Shown here: one piece after another, positions 13,414 to 26,160 of the stretch
Layout of the letters: each line of letters opens with the position of its first letter
Numbering within the stretch: the stretch's first letter is position 1
Source: Octopus sinensis
Lineage: Eukaryota
DNA: 64,000 nt
Direction: 5' to 3'
Assembly (NCBI RefSeq): GCF_006345805.1
Contig: NC_043000.1
Location: 93,868,001-93,932,000 of the forward strand
The notes under the pieces: generated by a model
Told to the model about the DNA's origin: nothing
Seen by the model: only the letters and a program-made list of their open reading frames with translations
Database searches by the model: none
Program-made: the position numbers and the translations under genes

Positions 13414-14217
13414 GTATGTATGTGTGTGTGTGTATGCATATATATACATATGTATATATATATATATGTATATATATTTACATATTCATATACATACATG
13501 CATACATACACACACATGCATATATATATGTTTATACCCACACAGACATACACACACATGCACACAAACATGTATCTTTCCTTTTGTATGTCAGTTGTTG
13601 TTGCTAGCATTCGTGCTACTACTGTTACCATTGCTGTTGGTGTTTTTGTACGTTACTATTTCAGCTGTTTTTGTTTTCGTTCTTAGTAAATAAAGAATGA
13701 ATTATTTATTCCAGATCGTGTTTGTAGTTTTGCTAATTGTGTGTTTTGTGTTCCATCCACGAAAAAACAGAAATGCAGCGTGAACTATGACTGATGATGG
13801 TAAATATTATCTCTCCCGTCTTTCACGCTTTCTTTTCGTTTCCTTTCTTTCCTACTTTTCCTTTTTTTTCCCCTGCTGTCTTTCGTCCTTCCTTTCTTTC
13901 CTTCTCGTTCTCTTTGCTTATGTCTTTGTTTTTATTTTACGATTTCTTTTTTGTTTGTTTTTGACATAAACTCCTCTTCACACTAAAGAGGAAAGGCAAA
14001 GAGAAAAAGAGATAGAGAAAAAAATAGAGATAGAAGGAGAGAGGAGACACTATATTCTCAGGGGGATAAACTAGGATTGAACTTGTACAAATTTCTTCTC
14101 AATCATTATTTGTTTTCTCACCGAGAAAAACATATTGGAAAGAACTTTTCTTTTGCCGATCGTGGGTGAAGAGGAAAAAAAGGGAAAGAAATAGCCACAT
14201 AAATGTATAAACGCAAT

Positions 14218-14261
<44 letters not shown>

Positions 14262-14304
14262 ACACACACACAAACACACACACACACACACACACAAAAA
14301 CACA

Positions 14305-14335
<31 letters not shown>

Positions 14336-14545
14336 TATATGTATATATATATATACATATATACATATATATATATATATTTGCATATATATATATATAT
14401 ATATATGTTTGTGGGTATATATATGTATGAGTACAAGAAGGGTTGTATTAAAGCTAACAAGGAACAAAAACATAACCAATAAATAACGAAAACAGAAAAA
14501 AATCATAATATAACATACAAGACTGACCGTCATAATAAGACTTAC

Positions 14546-14588
14546 GATCTTCTCGGCTTCTCTTAACCTGTATGCCATCTCAGTCCTC
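14546..14588 (-). CDS. Candidate 43-nt internal exon (minus-strand model)
   Basis: tttctaatcatag | ... | gtaagt; frame RTEMAYRLREAEKI ends in phase 0, compatible with 9158-9045. Confidence 0.2.
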
Positions 14589-14899
14589 CTATGATTAGAA
14601 ACGTGGGTGTGGTTGGGTGTCTGTATCTATTTCTCTGTTCCCCTCTAACTCCCTTTACACACACGCACACACACACGTACACATACACCCACCCACACAC
14701 ACGCATATATATATATATATATATTATGTATATAAATGTATTATATATTACAGATATACATACACAAATAACAACATACACATACAGACACATTAATCTC
14801 TAAATTTGGGCAACAAAAAGAAAGTACTCAATACTGAAATTAGAGTAAAGTATCAACTTTTAATAAAAGCTGTATACTCTACAGGCAGTTACTTCGTGT

Positions 14900-15000
14900 G
14901 TTTCTCTTTTTCCCCCCACTGATCATCGGATCAGAGACGTGAAACTCCGAGTGTGGATTTATATTCTTGAAGTGTTCTCAGCCTACAAATATAACCTTTT
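14900..15000 (+). mobile_element. PLE remnant with degenerate hammerhead
   Basis: CCA-CTGATCA-...-GAAA-CTCCGAGT-G-TGG: stem I CCA/TGG and palindromic stem III, but G8 and H17 are mutated. Confidence 0.5.
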
Positions 15001-15001
15001 G

Positions 15002-15032
<31 letters not shown>

Positions 15033-15288
15033 CCAACTCATATATACATATGTATATATACACACACATATATAAACATATATGCATACGTATAATATAT
15101 ACATATATATATATATCCATACATATGTGTATATATATATTTTTTTCCCAAAGTAAAATATATATATATATACACACGCACATACACACACACATATATA
15201 TATATATATACATATGTATATATGTATATATTATATATAAATATAGAACTGTATACATATATATATATACATATATACATATATCTAT

Positions 15289-15320
<32 letters not shown>

Positions 15321-15862
15321 ATACGTGTATGCAAAACAAAATACAACATTAAAAACGACAAAAATCCTCAGTCGTCGGTAAGTAATTTATTCACGAAACA
15401 CCTGAAGGAGAAAGCAAAATCGATAAACCTACAAAAAAAAAGAAGAAACATATAAAAAAAGGTAAAGAGAAAATAAAGCTTGACTCAATATATCAATTTG
15501 AATCAATAGACTTGGAGAAAATCCATCATTTCGTTGAGCTTCGAGTCGGCGAGAGGCCAAGCTTGTTTATAATGTATCCCTGGCAACAGTCCACTTTTGC
15601 TTGCCTTTTTGACCCAGTCGGAAGTTTTTTTGGACAGACTTTGGGAATATCTACGAAAAAGAAAAAGAAAGCAGAATAAAAAAAAACAGTATCAACAACA
15701 ACAACAACAACAACAAACAAAAAAAAAACGGATTGTTGGTTACTTTTGGGGGAAAAAATATAAAAGAAAAACGCTTACGATGCAATGTGCGGAAAATAAC
15801 ATTTACATGTATATATGTAGATGTGTTACGGTTTCCATGTGTGTAACTAGTGAATATATGTG

Positions 15863-15901
<39 letters not shown>

Positions 15902-15983
15902 TGTGTGTGTATGTGCATCTATATATATATATATAAGTATGCATATTTGGGTGTACGTATATATATATATATATATATACGTA

Positions 15984-16034
<51 letters not shown>

Positions 16035-16039
16035 GTATG

Positions 16040-16071
<32 letters not shown>

Positions 16072-16394
16072 ATATATAATATATATATATAATATATTAT
16101 ATATATATATATATAGATATATATATACACTTGTACGTATGACTATGTTAATATATATGTACGTAATCTATGTATGTATATATATGCATGTATGTATGTA
16201 TAGATGGATGGATGGTTGGAGGGCGAATGGATGCATGCATGCATGTATGTGTGTGTGTGTGTTGTGTTTTGTAATACAATAGTTGTAGTAGTTGTAGCAA
16301 GTATTCAATAAACAAATGCTCTGTGTAAAGTGCTCGATAGTGGAGAAGCTGTATACAATCCGCAGATAACAGAGCAACTGAACCATGTGTGCAG

Positions 16395-16469
<75 letters not shown>

Positions 16470-18070
16470 CGTGTGTGCGTATGTACGAATCTGTGGGTGT
16501 AATTGCTAATATGTGAATATACCATATATTTATTGTACGGATATACGGAAATCTATCAGTATTGGCTAATAATCAAGATTATTGAAGTCAGATGGGATTA
16601 AAGCTTTCTTAATTCTAGACTGTTTCTTTCTTCTCTAGCTTAACTGTTGAATCCGACATCATTCGTTAATGAGGTGGAATTGAAACCTTGTAAATCATCT
16701 TTCTTATACACATAGATGTCAACCTCAACTTAGCGCTATTAAACGTGGAGGTGTAAACATTTGGCACGCTCTCCATCATCAGAGATTAGATGCTTCTTTG
16801 TCCATGTCCAGGACTTTGCCTCAAATCCTGGTTAAATGTTCGTAGACGAACGTTTTGTATAATTAATGCGGCAGAATCAAAGATATCATATGAACAGAAT
16901 AAAGTAAAGAAGTAATATAGATTATTGTTATATCGCAATACTACACAGTGGCTGTGTGAGCTACGAATGCCTCGTCGCCACTGTTATATCGCACGTTCGG
17001 ATGACCTCTACTCAACTCCTCGACGTCTAGTCTCCTCCTTCTATATCTACGTATTGAGCTAGCCTACTTCATTGTCTGTGGGCGTCCACACAACAATTAT
17101 CATAGTGGGGAAGAGGAAGAGGCAAGGGAAAATATGTGCGTCATAATGTGGATAGTGTGCGAGACAGTGGATGAGAGAAGAAGTAAAGACTGAAGAAGCA
17201 GTGGTAGAGAGGGTTTCAAAAATCTCAAGGTTAAGTAAAATGGAAGAGCGGTGGAAAGGACTATGTCAAGCATGGACGTTCAGTGGTTGTGAAGAGCGCA
17301 TGGAGAGAGGAACTATTGCGCAAGAGGCATCGTCCACGGTCTTAAACTCTTTACATGAACTATAGTTTCAAGCTATATTTGTAATTGTAAGGTATAGACA
17401 GTTAAATGGCCTTGATCTTATTCTCATCTCCAAATTCAAACCCAGCGTAGTTAACATCATGTACTTACTTGTCTGGATTGTGAGAGCAGAGGCTTATCTC
17501 GTCTACCGACTTCATTTCTTCACATCAAGCATTACCCTGCCACAAACTCTGTGCTACTTTAAAATCAACTAACTCATCGAAGCTCAGCCAGTTCTATGTT
17601 GACTGCATTTGGCAGAAAATATGCTTCGACCCTGACCCATCACAAACAGCTGGGTGTGTTATTGGAACCATCCTTTTAGGTAAGCTACGTCACATCTCAT
17701 AAAATCCACTACATACACAATCAAGTGGCTTACTTATAGCAACACATTTTCAGAACAGAGAGAACAAAATTCGCTCCCCAATACACAAACTAAACGTCTT
17801 TGATTCATCATAGCAATGACCGCTACACCATCATTATCCAGTCCACAAAGACTGTCTCCATGTATTGCAGGGACAGTAAGCTCTCCCAACGGTCGAATTG
17901 CAGACGATCCATTTAGCTGTTTGCCACAAGAATCTCGGACTAACTTTGATAAAGCTTATTTTCCTACATTTGTCAGTCATGGTGGTATCATCTGCAGAAT
18001 CATCACGGAGAGAGTTTCTAAATTTTCTGTTCTTTTGTCTAGTTCTTTCCACTACATCGACCTGATCACC

Positions 18071-18167
<97 letters not shown>

Positions 18168-18310
18168 GTACGTATTTGTGTTGTGTGTGTATATATTTAC
18201 TCACATATACATACATATATAACTTACATGCATTATGCAAATATATATATATATATATTTGCATAATTTGTATAATTAATATATTCGCCATGCTGGACTG
18301 CTGAAATCTA

Positions 18311-18463
18311 CAAGTGTGGTAAGAAATTTTCTTTCCAACCACAGGTTACCGAATTCAATCTCACTACGTGACACCTTGTGCAAGTGTCTTCTGCTATAGC
18401 CCCAGGTCGACCAAAGCCTTGTGAGTAGATTTGTTAGAAGGAAACTTAAAGAAGCTCGTCGTA
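18311..18463 (+). mobile_element. SINE A 5' half, diverged
   Basis: GTGTGGTAAG...ACCTTGTGCAAGTGTCTTCTGCTATAGCC...GAAGCTCGTCG. Confidence 0.8.
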
Positions 18464-18470
18464 TATATAC

Positions 18471-18546
<76 letters not shown>

Positions 18547-18704
18547 ATATACCAATTAAGGACTGAACACGAAAAGTGGACAGTCAACATGCTAGATATA
18601 GACGTGAAATCGCCATTCTCCACAAAAAGTCTATGTTCTCAGATCAAACTCAACACCAAACCAAAACAATAAACAGGTGAAAAATATACGAAATAAATAT
18701 TTAC

Positions 18705-18770
18705 CCATGTACTAAATTCAGTTTCGGCTGTTATTTTCCGCAAGGAAAAGTGCAGCCATCATCAGCATGG
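18705..18770 (-). ncRNA. Type I hammerhead ribozyme (left arm)
   Basis: Exact reverse complement of 19084-19149. Confidence 0.8.
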
Positions 18771-19083
18771 TCCCATATAAAATGTAATTTGCTGTACTAA
18801 ATGCCAACACGATACCGAAATAACGCATGCATGGAGTACGGCCTATTACATTTGAAATATATATTTCAAATGTCTTTATTTTGGCGCGATGAGACCCGAG
18901 AAAATTAGCCTGCAGCTAATAGTTAGCAGCAGTTAATTTATCGGTTAGAGAACAAATATTTATATAAAATTAAATTAAGGGTAAAAATTGATATTTATCA
19001 ATTAGAACCAGTGGTCTAGCATATTAAAGAAAGAATCCGAAGATTAAAATATTTATATATATTTATATAATATTTATATGGGA

Positions 19084-19149
19084 CCATGCTGATGATGGCT
19101 GCACTTTTCCTTGCGGAAAATAACAGCCGAAACTGAATTTAGTACATGG
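19084..19149 (+). ncRNA. Type I hammerhead ribozyme (right arm)
   Basis: Stem I CCATG/CATGG; core CUGAUGA; one extra U; stem II GGCUG/CAGCC capped by a UUUUCC/GGAAAA hairpin; GAAA; near-palindromic stem III ACUGAAUUUAGU; GUA cleavage triplet (after 19144). Confidence 0.8.
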
Positions 19150-19699
19150 GTAAATATTTATTTCGTATATTTTTCACCTGTTTATTGTTTTGGTTTGGTG
19201 TTGAGTTTGATCTGAGAACATAGACTTTTTGTGGAAAATTATACATATATATATATATCCATATATATAATATACATATATACATATATGTTTGTGTGTG
19301 GTTGGGAAGCCACACAACCACGCCTATACTTATCTTGAATTCTTAAAAACAAACATTTTTCTTCGACACTACGAATACGTACTTAATCACCCTCAGAGTT
19401 TCCATGTAACTACTCAAAGTATTAAAAATAATAGCAAAATATCCTTTAAATCTCACCCTTTGTTTTAAAATGACGACGGAGGACACGCCAAATGATCGAA
19501 TTCTCAATGATTAAATTATCGAACATTGGTTCAATTATCGATCGGCTTGGAGAACCTCCTTGATCTTCGAGCTACGCAGAGTGTCGGGTAACTTTATTCC
19601 AGAGACTGGAGAAACCCCGTTTCGGTAGTTTATATTCGCGATCGTGCTATTTCGATTATTATACCTCATTCATAACCATAGGTGAGGCCATAATCCAAC

Positions 19700-20405
19700 C
19701 ACTGAGACTGTGGAAGAGGTTGAGAAGTTCAAATATCTCGTATCCATCTTTGCCGCCACTAGCCAGGATAAAGGCGAATTTCCATTCGGATCAATCGCGC
19801 GCGATTGGCCTTCTGCTACATCTATAAGCACTTATGGATGCGTCGGGAAATGCACCACGCGAAGAAATACCTTATGTACTAGCGCTTGCCTGAACTGTCC
19901 ATCTGTATGGTCGTGAGACCTGGCCAATGCGTGTCACTAATCTTCATAGGCTGGAGGTCTTCGATCGCTTCTTTATTCGTCGTCTTCTCCGACTGCGTGT
20001 TTCAGACTGTCTCGAACCGATAACTTTACGCCCGCTGCGGTCTCTCACCTTTTGAGGGAACTCTTCTAACAAGGAGACTACAGTAGATTGGTCACGCGTT
20101 GCGGCGCCCCCATAAACAACTCTTCAAGAGGGCGATAGTATCAGATCCTCTCCTGGATTGAAGTAGGTGGAGAGGTGGTCAGCTGAAGACGTGGCTCACG
20201 TCAATCAAAGCAGATATGGAGCTCTTTGCTGGCCCTCGAGTCTTTGGTGTTCGTCGCTGGAACTAGGAATGACTGCAATACGCTGCAGAATCGGCCGCCA
20301 ACAGACATGTGTGGGCCGCCTTGATCTGTGTCGTGGTGAACTCAATAGAAGCCGGCTTAACCCCCTCCCGGCAGAATGCTGTTAAAAGAAAAGACAAGAA
20401 GAAGA
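19700..20405 (+). pseudogene. RTE-clade LINE, 3' fragment of RT ORF
   Basis: VEEVEKFKYL, YGRETWPMR, RLEVFDRFFIRRLLR, RRLQxIGHALRRP, RGGQLKTW, GPRVFGVRRWN; GAA-repeat tail; frameshifted. Confidence 0.9.
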
Positions 20406-21773
20406 ATATTTTTCATTTCTTTAGTTTGTAAAAATGTAATTTTTTTTACTTCGACTTTCTCTGCACCGCCTTGAGCTACGAATAAGTTGTATACCACAGA
20501 AAGAGTCTCAACATGGTTTTTCAAGAACTTAAAAATTACAGACAAAAATCACCATCCTTCAAATAACACCTTATAATCTTTAAATGGTGAAAGATATATT
20601 AAATAATCTAATCCTGATTAATTTATGAATATTGCTATCAGCATGGCCGAGAATCGGCGAAGGATGTGGGATCTCAGACAAGACCACCACTCTTCATCAC
20701 ATACTGCCGTTACGGGCTACAGTCGTAGACTACACCAAGGTGTTTCAGTTCCAGTCTTTGATGTCAGAGCTTCATCTTTGTGTTTATATTTGGAATGTTT
20801 TCAGCGTTTTATAATTATAAAAACACGTTTGAGTATGAAGTCGTAGATATCCCTTGAAAAGATGGAATGGTGCAATTGGGACATTTTTAACTATATAGCT
20901 GCTCGATCAGAGTTTTAGAAATATAAAATTCTATTGGATTACGTAATAGTAGAGATTCCTTAAAATGATTAGACGACCGCACCTGGAATGTCTTTAATAA
21001 AATATCTGCTTGATCAGGGATTTAAAAATGTAAGAATATATAGTCCTAGATATCCCTAAAAGACAGAGTGGTCATATTTGGAATGTCTTCATTTATATAC
21101 TTGATCAAGTTGACTTCGAGTTACGTATCAGAAACAACAACAACAACAACAACAACAATACCAAAATAATAGCAGCAGTAACAACCTCATACAATATCGG
21201 TTTTTATTGACAAAGCACAGTAGATTAAGGAAGAGGAATTATGGGAAGTCAGCGACTTTTCATGGCTTTCTTTAATCTTTTAACAGGCTAAGTGAAACAG
21301 CTTCAACCAGGTGTTAAAATCTTTGCAGCAGTTTTGATTTGCCGGAAGCTTAACTCTTGTTCGAAGTTGCGCTCCAATATAAGAAGTTTAAAAAAAAATG
21401 GAAGAAATGAAGAAGAAAGAAAACGAAATCTTCGATACTGATCTAAAGTAATTAGTCTCCAAGTAGAACAAATGGAATTGGTTGTGAATGAAAATCCAGA
21501 AAAGAAATTGCAGATTTTGAAACTAGGCACTTTTAATTCATCTAAAGTCTTCTATTATTCCGGCAATGAAAGCTGTATCTGAATCAGTTCTTAACTGAAC
21601 GCAGCGTGACGTCACACTTTGGCATTCATCTCAACTAAATGAGAAAAATAAACAAACTAGAAGTGCTTGTTTGCGTGAGCATGCTTGCTCAGTTGTGAAT
21701 TTATCTGCGTGTGAATATACATGTGTATGTGAAGGACAGAAAGAATAAAACAGAGAGAGAGAGAGAGAGAGAT

Positions 21774-21818
<45 letters not shown>

Positions 21819-22174
21819 GATGTTTTGTATGCTATGGTTACGTTCAGCAAAAAATATATATAATGTAAAAATGTTTTCAATAAAATGAAAAAAAAAATAT
21901 ACGAATAATTATAAACTTTAACTGACGTTACAGAACTGAATCATTACAAAAATAAATTCATTATCGGTTAGGTTTCATTAACAGCCGCACAAAATATCCA
22001 GTTTGTAAACCGATGAGACAAATTCTGAAGTTGTGTTTCCCTCAAATACATAAACACATATAATTTAACTAGCAACAAATATTGCAAAAATGTCAAAAGA
22101 AAAAAACAAAAGAATTACAGCACGTTAGGAACATCAAATATTTTATTTTCAAAAATAATAGCAATAATGATAAT

Positions 22175-22582
22175 AAATACCCTGGTGTAATACCAAGCAG
22201 TGGCTCTCATGGTTTCTGATCTTAACTGATTGGAAGTGTTATCATGTACATTGTTATGTCTTGGCATAAAAGATGGGCTACAGCAAATATTCTGCTCAAT
22301 ACCACAGATTTTCTTGTCTGTTCAGATCTGGAAACGGGCGTTTCGTTCAACGTCCTTACATAGCCCTTATCCAGGGGCCTTCTGGGCAGACATGGCTACT
22401 CGACCTGCAGAATATTCTAACCGGGATCCACCTGAAAGGTCATGCACTGTATATCTTGGTATGAAATCACCATGTCGTGCACATATGTTTGTGGTGGAAG
22501 TATCTGATGTACTCTTGTCAGACAGGAAGTCATGATTGCTATACTGGGCTTCACTTTGATGGCATGCACTGCTCTCTCACTC
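22175..22582 (+). mobile_element. Internally deleted copy of the (TAA)n-embedded element
   Basis: Same termini as 5776-6332 in the opposite orientation; roughly 130-150 bp missing centrally; AAT-rich 5' flank, (ATG)n(ATA)n 3' flank. Confidence 0.85.
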
Positions 22583-22583
22583 T

Positions 22584-22614
<31 letters not shown>

Positions 22615-22615
22615 C

Positions 22616-22648
<33 letters not shown>

Positions 22649-22659
22649 AATAATAATAA

Positions 22660-23260
22660 TACCTAGGGGTATTTGAAGGGGACGGAATCAAGCATTCAGT
22701 GATGAGGGAAAGGATCAAGAAGAGAACGTTATCGCAGGGTAAGGGCAATACTCAAGATAGAGCTGAATGCAAGAAACAGGATCGAAGCAATCAATACTTT
22801 AGCAATACCAGTCGTGACTTACATATTCAATATCATTAACTGGTCAATTACTGAAATACGTAATCGCGACAGAAAAATACGAAAATTGTTGACAATGCAT
22901 AGAATGCACCACCCTAAGGCAGATATAGAACGACTTTATCTGCCAAGAAAAGTGGGAGGCCGTGGACTTTTACAACTGGCAATAACAATGAAGATTGCTA
23001 CAATTGGCCTAGACACCTACCTGAAAAACTCTGGGGATTGGATGTTAAAACTTGTATCAAAGCATAGAAACAAGAAAACATCGTACTCAGTAACAAAACA
23101 GGCAAAGGAATATCTAAAAGAATTCCAAATACAACAAATCCTCAAATTAAACGTACTGGAAACAAGCACAGAAAAAGCCAAGCGTATGAAAAACCGTTCT
23201 AAAATTGCTACATTAGATATTCGTGCTGATAAATGGCAAGAAAAACTCAATGGCAAATAA
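22660..23260 (+). pseudogene. R4/Dong-clade non-LTR RT fragment
   Basis: YLGVFEGDGIKH, ILKIELNARNRIEAINTLAIPVVTY, RMHHPKADIERLYLPRKVGGRGLLQL; one frameshift near 22725. Confidence 0.88.
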
Positions 23261-23369
23261 AATGTAATAAAGTGTCTTGCCGAAGAACACAGCACGCAGA
23301 CCAGCCCGAGATTCGGACTCACAACCTCAAGGTCGTAAGCTCGACGCTCTAACCACTGATCCATGCGTC
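23258..23369 (-). mobile_element. tRNA-SINE head (family D)
   Basis: GGACGCATGGATCAGTGGTTAGAGCG...GAGTCCGAATCTC...GTGTTCTTCGGCAAGACACTTTA (A/B boxes plus core-like motif). Confidence 0.8.
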
Positions 23370-23401
23370 CTAACTATATTTATATATATATATATATATA
23401 T

Positions 23402-23434
23402 ATACTGGCCAAAACCTTTCTAAGTTATTCTAAG

Positions 23435-23495
<61 letters not shown>

Positions 23496-23531
23496 TAACT
23501 TAGAATAACTTAGAAAGGTTTTGGCCAGTAT
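23402..23531. repeat. Perfect 38-bp inverted repeat around a (TA)n core
   Basis: 23402-23439 is the exact reverse complement of 23494-23531. Confidence 0.95.
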
Positions 23532-24446
23532 TGGCCCAGGCCATGTCTAACTTAATAGCACCACCTGGCGAAGTCTTTCAGTTCAGGATTTGGGCACCAA
23601 GGCCCATTCGAGCAGAGAGTTATTGTTTGCGGAGATATATCCGGGTGTGGGTGGCTTGTCCGGTACTGTTTGAAGGAATTTGTCCAAAGACTTCTTGAAT
23701 TTTGTGTGGTCAGTTTCTTTTTTGACGTGCCCTGGTGTATGTTGAAGAGAGCAGGTCCAATTGAGGTGAATAGTTGTGCCGTATTGTCGTTATGTGATGC
23801 GATTTAGATTTTTGTTGTGGACGGATGGCACGTGGTCCAAGCCTTGGATGCATTTTGAAGGTGATGCCAACATCATTCGGACAGTGCTGGTGGAATATTT
23901 TCCACATCATACAGATAATGTAGCGTTCACGGCGTCGTTGGAGTGAATACAATTTCAGCTTCTCTAGTCTACCCCAGTAGTCAAGGTCTGACATGCCATC
24001 TATCTTTTTTGTGATTGACCTTTGGGGAGCTTCAATTCTCATAATATTTTGTTTTGTGTAGGGAGACCACAGTGGACAGCAGTATTCAAGGTGGGGTCGG
24101 GCAAAAGTGGAGAAGAGAAGGATAATAGCGTGGGAATCTCTCGACTGGAAGGTTCTGAGAATCCAGGAACACATTCTGCGGGCCATGTCAACTTTGCTGC
24201 TTATATGTGTAGCCCAGCTTATGTTGTTGTCCACTGTTACTCCCAGGTCTCTGATGTTGTTGGATGCCATGAGAATTTCTCCAGAAGGAAGAGAGTATGG
24301 GAGTTTCAGAGCGTCCTCCCTTCCAAAGTGGATCAGTTCAAATTTGTCTTCATTTAGCAACATGTTATTCTTTTCCGTGTCTTCATTTAGCAACATGTTA
24401 TTCTTTTCCGAATGTCTTCATTTAGCAACATGTTATTCTTTTCCGA

Positions 24447-24447
<1 letters not shown>
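23532..24447 (-). pseudogene. CR1/L2-group LINE, 5'-truncated 3' fragment
   Basis: ORF 23710-24396: RDLGVTVDNNISWATHI, RPHLEYCCPLWSPY, RLEKLKLYSLQRRRER. Confidence 0.92.
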
Positions 24448-24481
<34 letters not shown>

Positions 24482-24608
24482 ATATATATAGATATATATA
24501 TATATATTATATATATATATATATATATATGTTATATATATATATGTATATATAATATATATATATATACATATTTAATATAATATATATATATACATAT
24601 TTAATATA

Positions 24609-24641
<33 letters not shown>

Positions 24642-24919
24642 CATATATACATATATATACATATATATATATACATGTATATGTATATATATATAAGATC
24701 ATCAGTAGATGGAAACTGCGTGGAATCCCGTTGTATACAGACATATTCCGTCGACCGATGATCTTGCGATCATGAGTGCAACATCCTAATCATTGTGTAT
24801 ATATATGTACGTGTATATATTGTGTACTTGTGTATGTATATATATATATATTATATACACAAGTACACATATATACACGTACATATATATATATGTATGT
24901 GTATATATGTGTACTTGTG

Positions 24920-24965
<46 letters not shown>

Positions 24966-24999
24966 AGTACACATATATACACGTACATATATATAAATA

Positions 25000-25150
25000 G
25001 GTGCAGGCGTGGCTGTGTTGTAAGAAGCTTGGTTCCGTGTTCAGTCCCACCGCGTGGCACTTTGGACAAGTGTCTTCTTCCACTATATCTTCGGGCCGAC
25101 AAAGCCTTGTGAGTGGTTTCGATAGGCAGAAACTGAAAGAAGCCCATCGT
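25000..25150 (+). mobile_element. SINE A 5' half
   Basis: GGTGCAGGCGTGGCTGTGTTGTAAGAAGCTTG...GTTCAGTCCCACCGCGTGGCAC. Confidence 0.85.
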
Positions 25151-25454
25151 ATATATGTATATGTATATATATATATATACAACGGGCTTCCACACAGTTT
25201 CCGTCTGCCGTTGATCTTGTGATCATAAGTGCAATACGCTAACCACTAGTTTATGCACCTTTCAAGCAACTATCTCACATGCACTATTTTGTGTCTTTTA
25301 TGTAACATTTTATTGCAATACTATTAGTTCTAAACTTCCATAGTGCAGCGAGTCAACTACACTTTGTCCACCCAAAAGATTTGAGGCCTTGTATCGTAGC
25401 CATCAATTTTCACGTTTCTAGATTATGTTTTTAACAGCTATTAATGTACATTAT

Positions 25455-25700
25455 ACGCCAGGAGAAATGCTTAGCGGCAGAAATTCTTACGTTGTGCGTG
25501 CAAATATCGCCGAGGTGAACTTTGCCTTTCATCCTTTTAGGATCCATAAAATGAGTACCTGTTGAGCACTTGGCTTGATGGAATCGACTCGTCCCAATTT
25601 CGACTTGTTCAAATTCCCCCAAGGCCGACTTTGCCTTTCATAATTTCGAAGTCGATAAAATAAGTAGCATTTGTGTACTGGGGTTGATGTAATGGATTTG
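25455..25700 (+). mobile_element. Two diverged SINE B fragments
   Basis: Two copies of the (C)TTTGCCTTTCAT core. Confidence 0.65.
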
Positions 25701-25919
25701 ATTATTTCTGGGTAAAAGTGTAAAAACTACAACCCTCTGCCAAGACATGTCGAGTCAGTGTGGTAGAGAAGGCTGGCTCATCAAAGCAGCATGATCTGCA
25801 GTTCAAATTCACGGCCTCCACATCAGACGTAGTTGGTGGAGAGAACTTGCTAAAGCCTTCGTTCTACAATGCACTTAATAAACATAGGCAATCCAGTCCA
25901 ATCCATGTATTTTTATATT

Positions 25920-26140
25920 AGGGCAGAGGGCTGGTAAAATCGTTAGAGCATCAGAAAATACTTTGCGGCTTTTTTCCATGCTTTCTATGTACTGAATTCA
26001 AATTCAGTCAAGGTCAATCTTGCGCTTTATTTTCTGTGGGCCGATAAAATAAAAACCTACTAGTGAAGGACTGGGGTTGACGGCATTGACTGATTCCTTT
26101 CCTTTCAAAATTGCTGACCTTGTGTCTAAATCAGAAACTA
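25920..26140 (+). mobile_element. Diverged SINE B
   Basis: GGCAGAGGGCTGGTAAAATCGTTAG head; CTTGTGTCTAAATCAGAAAC tail. Confidence 0.7.
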
Positions 26141-26160
26141 TTATATACTTTAATCTCATT

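Larger units (their letters stand above)
18619..19235. mobile_element. PLE-like element with a perfect 163-bp inverted repeat (18619-18781 / 19073-19235)
   Basis: Arms compared base by base with no mismatch; the 291-bp spacer contains the reverse complement of the tail at 29200-29270 and 51830-51915. Confidence 0.9.

Noticed and set aside
23270-23369. tRNA-like sequence (also the heads of families A, B and C)
   Set aside because: A and B boxes are present but there is no complete cloverleaf or acceptor stem, and each runs into a SINE body
23710-24396. 228-aa ORF as a host gene
   Set aside because: It is the C-terminal part of a CR1-group RT, 5'-truncated; the apparent Met start comes from the junction triplication
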